A DNA stretch of 42,946 nt from a virus (Duplodnaviria > Heunggongvirae > Uroviricota > Caudoviricetes). The translations under genes were made by a program, and so were the position numbers. Below, piece by piece: positions 35,942 through 42,946 of the stretch. The stretch's first letter is position 1; each line of letters opens with the position of its first letter. Location of the stretch: positions 64,001-106,946 of IMG/VR virus record IMGVR_UViG_3300014204_000003. One strand, 5' to 3'. The notes beneath the pieces are model-generated. The model searched no databases and was not told where the DNA came from. It saw only the letters and a list, made by a program, of their open reading frames with translations.

Positions 35942-36745
35942 TTATGCCTTTCTCATGCAGAGGCTATGGGCATATGTGTTATAAGGGACAAATCCCAAGA
36001 CTCTAAATGTCCCGGTCACCCCTGTGTCGAGAGGAACCGTTAAATCAGTTCCGGGAGCAATGCCGTAATCAGTCATGAGCATATGAGGGACGCGGCCAAG
36101 CATCCATCCATCTTTACATAATTCGAATGGGCAGAACATATTCGCGCCACTCATAGTCTTAAATCTGAAATTGTTGGTAGTTCCCCCATAGGGCTGTCGA
36201 CCATAACAATAACTTGAAGTATTATAGGCAGCATCACCTGGGGCCCTTACAAATACATACATCCATAACGTGGCAGATGAATCAGGACCTCCACTGCAAT
36301 AATAGAATGGATATGGTTCGGCAAGTGATGCTGATGGCGCGTTGTCCAGAACAGCACAATTCCAAGATGTAGCAGCAACACTTTTTCTGGAATTGATGCA
36401 GCAATGTAGGGCACTCGTGTACAACTCAACATCTGTCGGAGCGGCGTCGATCGTAATATAATATACTGAAGCCCCAGCATCATTGATCCAGATACCATTA
36501 TCGTCATATGCATAGAGGTCTAATCTGGTTGCTGACGACCTCTCAAAAGTCAGGGTTAATCTGACGCGATCCGCACGAACAGGGGAAACCATGGTTGTGG
36601 GTGTTTGTCCTGTGCCTCCAACTGTGCAGGTCCATCCATTCGCAATCAGTTCGGTATAAAGTCCATCGATGATGGTCTGGACATCGACAACTCCGACGAG
36701 GTTCAGATACCTAAATGCACTCGCTAAAAACTGCGGAACGGCCAT
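35942..36745 (-). CDS. Tail-associated paralogue A
   Basis: MAVPQFLA...DVQTI...ELIANGW; C-terminal GVTGTFRV. Confidence 0.7.
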   Translation of the reverse strand: MAVPQFLASAFRYLNLVGVVDVQTIIDGLYTELIANGWTCTVGGTGQTPTTMVSPVRADRVRLTLTFERSSATRLDLYAYDDNGIWINDAGASVYYITIDAAPTDVELYTSALHCCINSRKSVAATSWNCAVLDNAPSASLAEPYPFYYCSGGPDSSATLWMYVFVRAPGDAAYNTSSYCYGRQPYGGTTNNFRFKTMSGANMFCPFELCKDGWMLGRVPHMLMTDYGIAPGTDLTVPLDTGVTGTFRVLGFVPYNTYAHSLCMRKA

Positions 36746-36747
36746 GT

Positions 36748-37134
36748 TTATGTCCCTCGAATGAACTGAATTCTGAAATAAAAGACTCCTACCTGCCCAA
36801 GCTGGTAAATTTCTCCGGGGATGATAGATTCATGAAGCAGTAAGTTGCCTCCAACCGCAGCATCAAAAACACCCCAGTTGGTTATCGTTTTAAGGGCATT
36901 GGCTACTATCGCACCTGTCAGTTTATAGGAGTCTCCGACAGAACTTACCGTATCGATCTGACTCGTCATGACCGGACGGGCTTCTGACGCTTCGGTGAAA
37001 AGAGTCAGATCAGCAGGAGCAGCATTGCCGGCACCTGTACCCCATGCAAAATACAGCGGTTCATTTCCAATGCCTTTTAAGCGATTGGCAATGATATTCA
37101 ACCCTTCATCAGTGACACAGGAAATTGATGCCAT
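36748..37134 (-). CDS. Tail-fibre attachment-domain-like protein
   Basis: TDEGL...YFAWGTG....D.TL.TE...ITNWGVFDA..GGNLL pattern typical of fibre N-termini and collar proteins. Confidence 0.6.
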   Translation of the reverse strand: MASISCVTDEGLNIIANRLKGIGNEPLYFAWGTGAGNAAPADLTLFTEASEARPVMTSQIDTVSSVGDSYKLTGAIVANALKTITNWGVFDAAVGGNLLLHESIIPGEIYQLGQVGVFYFRIQFIRGT

Positions 37135-37152
37135 TTAACCCTCTTGAATGGA

Positions 37153-37449
37153 TTAATGTTCTTCGTACAGTCCTTGAACACCCTCTCCGGCTGTGCCAAT
37201 GACATAAATCGAACTCAAATCCATCCCATTCCCAAAATCTTCGCTGAGAGTAATCTTTTCAACCGGAGTTGTCGCATTTGCTGGCGGGATTAATTCAATC
37301 CCGGTTGCCGCAGATGGCCCAAGGTAAATCGCATTACTATTTGTCCTCATAGGAGAAATAATAAGGGTTTTTGCCTTTGTCCCTTCCACTGTGATAGGTT
37401 CCGGCATTTCAGTTTCGCTCAATATTTTACTGAATCCTTTCCAACCCAT
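37153..37449 (-). CDS. Hypothetical protein (98 aa)
   Basis: Start reassigned to MGWKGF (37449, AAGGAG RBS). Confidence 0.7.
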   Translation of the reverse strand: MGWKGFSKILSETEMPEPITVEGTKAKTLIISPMRTNSNAIYLGPSAATGIELIPPANATTPVEKITLSEDFGNGMDLSSIYVIGTAGEGVQGLYEEH

Positions 37450-37459
37450 TACATTCTCC

Positions 37460-37684
37460 TTAGTGACCCTGACGATTACAGACAACAGTTCCGGGGAGGT
37501 CTTCATCATCCAAAATAAATGGCGTGATAAATTGCCCGCCGGCCTTAACTCCACAATCCGGGACTGAGAAATCCATCGATGGATCATCCGCGGACCTTCC
37601 ATCGGGAATTTTGTGTCCAGTCGGCGCCTGGTTGAAAGTAGAACAGGGCCGTTGATCATTTGGTTTTATTTCATTGCGACTCAT
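37460..37684 (-). CDS. Hypothetical protein (74 aa)
   Basis: GGAGG RBS; fills the gap between neighbours. Confidence 0.65.
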   Translation of the reverse strand: MSRNEIKPNDQRPCSTFNQAPTGHKIPDGRSADDPSMDFSVPDCGVKAGGQFITPFILDDEDLPGTVVCNRQGH

Positions 37685-37697
37685 AATTCCTCCATCT

Positions 37698-38363
37698 CTA
37701 TCTTACAATGGTACTGTCAAGCTTTCCTTTAAGGCTCATATTCAGAAAATCTATTTCTCCAACCGGTCGAGCCATTCCCATTTGGTTCACAACCAAACTG
37801 GAATCACACCAGACCGTAAACCCCTTATCGATCGCCCTCATGCAGAAGTGTAAATCTGCACCCCGGGTGGTATTCGGCGGATAGTAGAAGTAAGGAGGCT
37901 TCATGGCCTCGAGAACCGCTCTCTTTATCAACATGACGCCGGTTCCAACTCCTCCATTTACCTGGAACACTTCTTTTTGGGGATAATTCATAATGGGATG
38001 AGGCTCTCCATCCCCATTGATATTGAATACCAGAGGATCGAAGTTCCCAGACGATCGGAAGAATAAGGGGGAAACGATGTCTTTATCTAACGCCAGAAGC
38101 TTGCCAATGATGTCCGGAGGCGAGATAAGCATGTCATCATCAATGAAGAGCAAATGCGAAGCTCCGCCCTTTAAGGCGGTTACACAGGATATATTACGGA
38201 CGTTCTCCGTTTTTACCTTGGGGCCACCTATGAGCCATCGAACGGAATATTCCCCTCTGGCTTCTGCGCGGCCGGATTCTTGGGAGACAAGCATAAAATT
38301 CATTAGCGGTTCCGGTTCCATTGCATGATAGCAAGGAACGGAAACTAAAACTTTTGGCGGCAT
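37698..38363 (-). CDS. GT-A fold (GT2-like) glycosyltransferase
   Basis: VLVSVP, HLLFIDDDM (DxD), GVGTGVMLIKRAV, GADLHFC.RA...G..VWCD. Confidence 0.8.
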   Translation of the reverse strand: MPPKVLVSVPCYHAMEPEPLMNFMLVSQESGRAEARGEYSVRWLIGGPKVKTENVRNISCVTALKGGASHLLFIDDDMLISPPDIIGKLLALDKDIVSPLFFRSSGNFDPLVFNINGDGEPHPIMNYPQKEVFQVNGGVGTGVMLIKRAVLEAMKPPYFYYPPNTTRGADLHFCMRAIDKGFTVWCDSSLVVNQMGMARPVGEIDFLNMSLKGKLDSTIVR

Positions 38364-38371
38364 AGAACTCC

Positions 38372-39562
38372 TTATACATAGCCGAAAACACTATCAACGT
38401 CATGGCTTTGCCAATAATTGGCGCCGTGCTGCGTGAAGGGATATCTTGAATAAGCCCATTGTAGATTTTGCATATAAATGGAATCGTCCGCCATCATTGC
38501 CGAATCAAGATCATCCTTATACTGGGCTTCAAATTTTGCCGCGGCGGCCGGACTGTAATATGGGCTTTTCGGATTATGGATCAGAATGTCACTCAGGGTT
38601 CCATTAACCAAGACGTGACTCGGTATCGCCGGAGGAGGCGTGTCCTCTGGATCCATTAAATTTGGAGGGGTTGAATAAGCAATATATGGGAATCCCTGTT
38701 GCATGCTTGGGGTTGGATAAAGCTCATATTGGAATCTTCCAATTTCATCCGGGACCCAATCGGCCATCATATAAACGAATCCGGTAGTCTGTCTCCAAGT
38801 ATCGTATGTATTCAGGACCTCCTGTGGCATATTCAGGCGCAGGCGCCATCCCTGCTTATTATTGACTACGCTCCAAACCATCCTGAGATTTTGCTCGAGG
38901 CTGACGTATGCCTTCATGATTTGATAAGCAGAGGCGGTAAAATCGGCATGACCCCAAACCAAATCGAGTTTTAATTTAAGAGCTCCATCATTGTAGACGC
39001 CGATAATCCCATAAAATGAAGTTGTCGTCCCAATCCTGAACTGTCGGCGAGACAAAGAACTCTTGGTAATAGTTTCGGCAGCCAGATGAGTCTTTGCCGG
39101 CTTTGCTTTGAAACTGGTTGCCCCAACCGATATTACCAACAAAAATTCAATGTTGGCTCCGGCTTGATCCAATACTATCCAGTCTCCAGCCGCTATCCCC
39201 ACCATGCTTGCCGGGAAAACATCTTGGTACTCGTTAATCATGGTTATTGGCTGGCTGAGGGTGGTACTCACAAGGTCATCAACCGGCCAAAGCGTAGCGG
39301 TGCCTGTAACGGCATCTGACCCTTGGACCACAGTGGCGGTCCCGGTTGTGTATACAGCAGGGATTACAATCTGCCCACGGACAAGCAGACCGGCCCACAT
39401 GCGCTTATCAAGAACCTGGCGCAGACGGGTATTGATTCTTCTCTTTATTAGTTGTGGAGGGGCATCTGGGGCATAAGAGAGGACATGATTAACCATGCCA
39501 TCAAAGTTCTCTTGAACCGCCCCTCCTCCAGCATAGGGCTGGATAGGGCCGACAACTGACAT
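38372..39562 (-). CDS. Adaptor/tail-tubular-like virion protein with inserted beta domains
   Basis: Start reassigned to MSVVGP; N- and C-terminal helices flank a beta core; YELYPTPS motif. Confidence 0.6.
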   Translation of the reverse strand: MSVVGPIQPYAGGGAVQENFDGMVNHVLSYAPDAPPQLIKRRINTRLRQVLDKRMWAGLLVRGQIVIPAVYTTGTATVVQGSDAVTGTATLWPVDDLVSTTLSQPITMINEYQDVFPASMVGIAAGDWIVLDQAGANIEFLLVISVGATSFKAKPAKTHLAAETITKSSLSRRQFRIGTTTSFYGIIGVYNDGALKLKLDLVWGHADFTASAYQIMKAYVSLEQNLRMVWSVVNNKQGWRLRLNMPQEVLNTYDTWRQTTGFVYMMADWVPDEIGRFQYELYPTPSMQQGFPYIAYSTPPNLMDPEDTPPPAIPSHVLVNGTLSDILIHNPKSPYYSPAAAAKFEAQYKDDLDSAMMADDSIYMQNLQWAYSRYPFTQHGANYWQSHDVDSVFGYV

Positions 39563-39583
39563 GGCATTACCCCACAAGATTTT

Positions 39584-39609
39584 GCCCGGGCAGGATTAAC
39601 TGCCCGGGC
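39584..39609. promoter_or_regulatory. 10-bp GC-rich stem-loop after the head genes
   Basis: GCCCGGGCAG-GATTAA-CTGCCCGGGC; no U-tract on either strand. Confidence 0.55.
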
Positions 39610-39617
39610 GATTCCAA

Positions 39618-39872
39618 TTACGCGAGACCGATTGCTAGAATTTTAGCATTCGGGAAACTCCCTCCCGTGGTGTTGAAAGTCACCATGCCACCTGAATAGG
39701 TAGCTCCGATAGTTATTCCGGAGCCACTTGCAGTTGCAAAGATAGCCTCAACTTTACCCAAGCCTGTTTCCCATGTATCTCCGTCATCGATCTCAGGAGA
39801 AAAGGTCGCAAGCACTCCTACTCGGTTCCCAAGACTCAGTTGAATCTTGCTGGCCGGTATAATAGCTGGCAT
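39618..39872 (-). CDS. Hypothetical small virion protein
   Basis: GGAGG RBS; within the head operon. Confidence 0.65.
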   Translation of the reverse strand: MPAIIPASKIQLSLGNRVGVLATFSPEIDDGDTWETGLGKVEAIFATASGSGITIGATYSGGMVTFNTTGGSFPNAKILAIGLA

Positions 39873-39883
39873 TGGCTACCTCC

Positions 39884-40414
39884 TTACCAGATCAGGTTTT
39901 GCAACAGAACACTGTTGGTTCCTGCCGTGGTATTGCGAGCAGTGAGTGCAATACCAAAGCACTGATTAATGAAACTGCCGGCAGCCATGCGACCGAACGT
40001 GTTGTCGGTTCCATGGCAACATCCGTCCCCGGCCGCAGTCGAAGCTGCGGTAAGAGCCGTAACCACTCCACCCACCTGAATCCAGGTATAATGAAGATCG
40101 GTTACAATGACTCCGGTGACTCCAGCGACCATGTTCACGCCTGAGGCTATGCCAGATTCGATGTCACTGGTAACAGTGAACAAAGGAAGCAGTTCATTGT
40201 TGGGGTCAAGGGCCTTCCAATAAACCACTCCGCCCACAACCGCGGCAACATTGCCCGCTCCATTGTCGAACAGGACATAACGATAGACGTTCCCCTTGTG
40301 GCGATACAGGACGCCCAGAGGCGCCTTAGCTACTGCATCGTTTGCTACTCCCGGACCCGCATAAGGGATCTCTACGGTTTCCAGGGTTCCGAATGTAAAA
40401 AGTCCTTCACTCAT
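39884..40414 (-). CDS. Capsid decoration/cement-like protein
   Basis: Start reassigned to MSEGLF (AAAGGAG RBS); immediately after the MCP; beta-clip-like YTWIQVGG..TALT...AAGD pattern. Confidence 0.6.
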   Translation of the reverse strand: MSEGLFTFGTLETVEIPYAGPGVANDAVAKAPLGVLYRHKGNVYRYVLFDNGAGNVAAVVGGVVYWKALDPNNELLPLFTVTSDIESGIASGVNMVAGVTGVIVTDLHYTWIQVGGVVTALTAASTAAGDGCCHGTDNTFGRMAAGSFINQCFGIALTARNTTAGTNSVLLQNLIW

Positions 40415-40438
40415 GGAATTACTCCTTTCGAGTCCCAA

Positions 40439-41413
40439 TTACAGGGTTTGAACTCCGGAGAGAACGAAGAAAAGTCTTGGCGCCGGAATCAGAAGATTCC
40501 CGGAGAAAAGATACTGGCCAGCAACGTCATCCGTGTTCTGTGCTTCCTTGAACCCCGTGAACCCGAATTGATACTTCGGAAGAGTGGAGATCCAGAATTG
40601 GATGTATTTGGTATTCAGGCCGAAAATGTATCCGGCAGGGGCATACTGGTCGACGGTGATCGAAGAGCCATTCCATCGCAATGACTGGAATCCGACCTTG
40701 GCGACATCGGTGCTCTCTTCGAGGAACCGTTGCTGAGGTTGGATTTTATTCCAGATCATGTCCCAAATAAGCTGGGTGGTAACGATTAGGTCGACATGCT
40801 CATTGCCGAACCATGAGGCGCCGTAAGCAGCTTGCAGGCCAAGCATTGTGAATGGATTCAGGGCATTGACGTATGCGTTAATTCCCTGATTATTGGTTCC
40901 GTTCACAATCCCGAGGTCGGATCGGGTGATCCCGCCATAGGACGCGAAGGTATTTCCATTGTCCAAGGCTTGCTGGAAACCATCGATATTGATGGTTGCG
41001 GAATTTACTCCGGTTCCATCAAGAAAGATGTCGGTTCCGAGCAGTTTGGCCATTTTGCCGGAAGCGTTGACCATCTTGCTTTCGACATAATTCATTGCCG
41101 CATCCGGTCCACGGGCCAGTACGTTGTCAGTCCCGAACAGTGTCACATTGACATAGTAAAACTTCGGGTTGACTTCCAGAGCCGTATCGGTCTGGACATA
41201 AGTGATGTTGAAGGTTCCACCACGCTGGAACGCTCCACCATTCAGTTCGGCATACGCGATTGGGTGCCGGATCGTGGTACCGCCTTCGAAGCGTTCCGCA
41301 TTCCGGGTGCGCAGCCGGGTGAACACCGGGCTGGACTTGTAGACGTTATCGACAAGTCGGGGGACGATGTGTTTATTTACCTTACCTGTAATGTCATCCC
41401 AAGTAAGAGCCAT
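40439..41413 (-). CDS. Major capsid protein (HK97-like)
   Basis: 324 aa after a scaffold-like gene; VDNVYKSSPV, GG.TIRHPI, IDGFQ, YGGITR, VDQYAP, YLFSGNL patterns; GGAG RBS. Confidence 0.85.
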   Translation of the reverse strand: MALTWDDITGKVNKHIVPRLVDNVYKSSPVFTRLRTRNAERFEGGTTIRHPIAYAELNGGAFQRGGTFNITYVQTDTALEVNPKFYYVNVTLFGTDNVLARGPDAAMNYVESKMVNASGKMAKLLGTDIFLDGTGVNSATINIDGFQQALDNGNTFASYGGITRSDLGIVNGTNNQGINAYVNALNPFTMLGLQAAYGASWFGNEHVDLIVTTQLIWDMIWNKIQPQQRFLEESTDVAKVGFQSLRWNGSSITVDQYAPAGYIFGLNTKYIQFWISTLPKYQFGFTGFKEAQNTDDVAGQYLFSGNLLIPAPRLFFVLSGVQTL

Positions 41414-41446
41414 AATTTGAACTCCATCAATTAAAGGTTACAAGTT

Positions 41447-41615
41447 TCCGCTAATGCGGATCTTCCGGCTAACGCTTGCTAGTCGGTTAATCTACACTTG
41501 CCTCTGTCTTGCTGCCTTCCATCGATGGGTCCCCGACTACTGCTCTCGGTTCCATTTCTGGCTCGGGCGCCGCCATTGGGGCACGTGCCTGAGAGGCCGG
41601 CTGATCCGGCCTCTC
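41447..41615 (-). ncRNA. Structured leader upstream of the major capsid gene (candidate cis-regulatory RNA)
   Basis: 10-bp hairpin 41591-41615; 7-bp pairing 41533-41539/41480-41486 competing with hairpin 41465-41486; 5-bp hairpin 41447-41460. Confidence 0.4.
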
Positions 41616-41630
41616 TCCTGCTAAAGGCTA

Positions 41631-42473
41631 TTAACCTTTTCCTTCTGCCCGGAATTCATTTCCGATGAGACTGGCCAACCGGCCACTTCCGTCTGCTGGC
41701 ACATCATCAGGGATCCCAGTGTCCTTCTTAGCCAAGCGGGCTTGCAGAGGTCCGAGATTTGGTTCTCCGCCACTACCTTGGTCAATAGGAAGGTTCGCAG
41801 CCTTTACACGATCGTTATACTTCTGTTCATACTCTGCCTCGAGTTCTGTCCGGCGCTTCTCGATCCTAAAGTCACCGGTAAGAGCCTCGTAAGCTCCCTT
41901 TAAGTCACCGTTTCGCCTTTGCGCTTCGGCAATCAACTGGGTTCGGTCCAAAGACTTGCCGAATTCCTGTTGGCATTTCTGCTGCAAATCAATAACTTCA
42001 AAGATGGCCGCTCCAAGGTTGTCGCCCTGTTTAGCCAGTTCTTCCTGAAACTTTGTGGCTGTGAGGAGCTCTCCCTTTTCAATCTTCTGATTGACCTCAT
42101 GAACAGTCTGTTCAAGAAGCGATTGCCGCTCTTTTGCTAGAGCCAGTTCAGTTCTGGCTTCCCTGAGGGCTTTCGTAATGGCCGCATCCTCATCTCCCGA
42201 AAGATCATCTTCGATCGATCCGGCCGCCTTGGCTTTTTCGAGTGCTGAGATCGTTTCTTTCAGCGACTTTACTTCGGTCATTGCGGCTTTGTATTGAGTG
42301 TCCGCGCTGGTGTGCCATGTCGTCCACTCTTTTTCCTTCGCGGTTAATTCATTCATTTTCCGCGAATAATCCTGCTGTCGGAGGACTCCCTCTTCCAGCA
42401 TTTTTCGCGTCCCTTCTCTGTCGGCTTCCGGCAGTGTTGCCACAAGCTTTTCGAGTTCCGGTGATAACGCCAT
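41631..42473 (-). CDS. Capsid scaffolding-like coiled-coil protein
   Basis: Highly charged, helical; directly upstream of the MCP. Confidence 0.7.
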   Translation of the reverse strand: MALSPELEKLVATLPEADREGTRKMLEEGVLRQQDYSRKMNELTAKEKEWTTWHTSADTQYKAAMTEVKSLKETISALEKAKAAGSIEDDLSGDEDAAITKALREARTELALAKERQSLLEQTVHEVNQKIEKGELLTATKFQEELAKQGDNLGAAIFEVIDLQQKCQQEFGKSLDRTQLIAEAQRRNGDLKGAYEALTGDFRIEKRRTELEAEYEQKYNDRVKAANLPIDQGSGGEPNLGPLQARLAKKDTGIPDDVPADGSGRLASLIGNEFRAEGKG

Positions 42474-42529
42474 ACATTTAATCCATTGCTATCTACCCTG
42501 ATTCGACATTTTCCCGAAGTCCATCAGGT

Positions 42530-42544
42530 GTAAACCGGGTTTAC
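42530..42544. promoter_or_regulatory. 15-bp palindrome GTAAACC-G-GGTTTAC (copy 2), operator-like
   Basis: Identical to 24615-24629, extends to 8-1-8 here; intergenic, right after a stop codon. Confidence 0.6.
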
Positions 42545-42545
42545 A

Positions 42546-42941
42546 TTAAGCCATTGGCGGCCCTTGGCCAACGCCTCCCCTACCTTGCGGAGGAGGGTTT
42601 CCTTGAGCGCCGGGCCCTATATCGCCCGCATTACCTTCAGAGGTTTGCGGTGATGACCTGACGGCTGACAATCCAGAATCCAATACCGCGGTAGCACGAG
42701 CGGCAAATGGAGCCATCATCGGCTCGGTTTTCGCCATCTCTTCAAGAACTTTCTTGATCGCTTCAACCTGAGTCGTTACCGCTCCATGAGGGTCGGGGGC
42801 GCCGGGGGCTGGTTGTCCACCCGGTCTCTGTGCCGCAATAGCCCCGAGACCACGCCCCGGAGGGGCAGCTTGTGGCGTCCCTTGCTGACTCGTTATCGAC
42901 GGGTCCGGCATGGGAGGCATATCCAACCCTGGCGCTGGCAT
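42546..42941 (-). CDS. Pro/Gly-rich hypothetical protein
   Basis: Disordered termini with a short central helical hairpin; usual position between portal and scaffold (portal not in window). Confidence 0.65.
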   Translation of the reverse strand: MPAPGLDMPPMPDPSITSQQGTPQAAPPGRGLGAIAAQRPGGQPAPGAPDPHGAVTTQVEAIKKVLEEMAKTEPMMAPFAARATAVLDSGLSAVRSSPQTSEGNAGDIGPGAQGNPPPQGRGGVGQGPPMA

Positions 42942-42946
42942 AGTTA

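Larger units (their letters stand above)
1..42946 (-). mobile_element. Tailed phage genome segment, short-tail (podovirus-like) architecture; free phage vs prophage cannot be determined
   Basis: Near-continuous, tightly coupled minus-strand ORFs: capsid, adaptors, nozzle, ejection-like proteins, amidase/holin/spanin-like cassette, SbcCD. No host housekeeping genes; no tape measure or tail tube recognised. Confidence 0.95.

Noticed and set aside
26195-36745. Diversity-generating retroelement acting on the four paralogues
   Set aside because: No reverse transcriptase in the window, and I found no near-identical template/variable repeat pair differing only at adenines. It cannot be excluded outside the window.
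41487-41576. 29-aa mini-ORF MAAPEPEMEPRAVVGDPSMEGSKTEASVD in the capsid leader
   Set aside because: No Shine-Dalgarno sequence, and the region is better explained by RNA structure. Ribosome profiling would settle it.
1-42946. tRNA/rRNA genes, integrase/att sites, terminase, portal, tape measure
   Set aside because: None recognisable by eye. tRNAscan-SE and the flanking sequence would be needed to confirm absence and lifestyle.

Overview
The whole window is phage DNA (prophage or viral contig) with essentially every real gene on the minus strand. From right to left it carries a head module (scaffold-like protein, major capsid, decoration-like protein) and a short-tail, podovirus-like virion module. 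That module has three adaptor-like proteins, a GT2-like glycosyltransferase, four paralogous ~265-aa tail-associated proteins, a 1440-aa nozzle-like protein with an inserted jacalin lectin domain, a fibre and a GNAT-like protein. Next come three small or medium ejection-like proteins, a 4356-aa polyvalent protein (adenine MTase + SF2 helicase + zincin), a lysis cassette and FN3/dockerin genes. A sigma70-type promoter then drives an operon: putative annealase, sbcD, Zn protein, sbcC, a ~710-nt noncoding array, a RAMP/Cas7-like gene and a truncated ORF. The standout feature is that array (885-1593). It is built of 5-nt units G[G/T][A/C/T]NN, grouped into mostly ~62-64-nt blocks by GGCA-GTC junctions, and lies directly upstream of a stand-alone RAMP-like gene with no other cas gene nearby. 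This looks like a non-CRISPR RNA-guided system. From memory (unverified here) it matches the recently described VIPR systems, but with a broader constant motif than GGY. No terminase, portal, integrase, tape measure, tRNA or canonical CRISPR array was recognised. All product names come from motif recognition by eye; no database searches were run.
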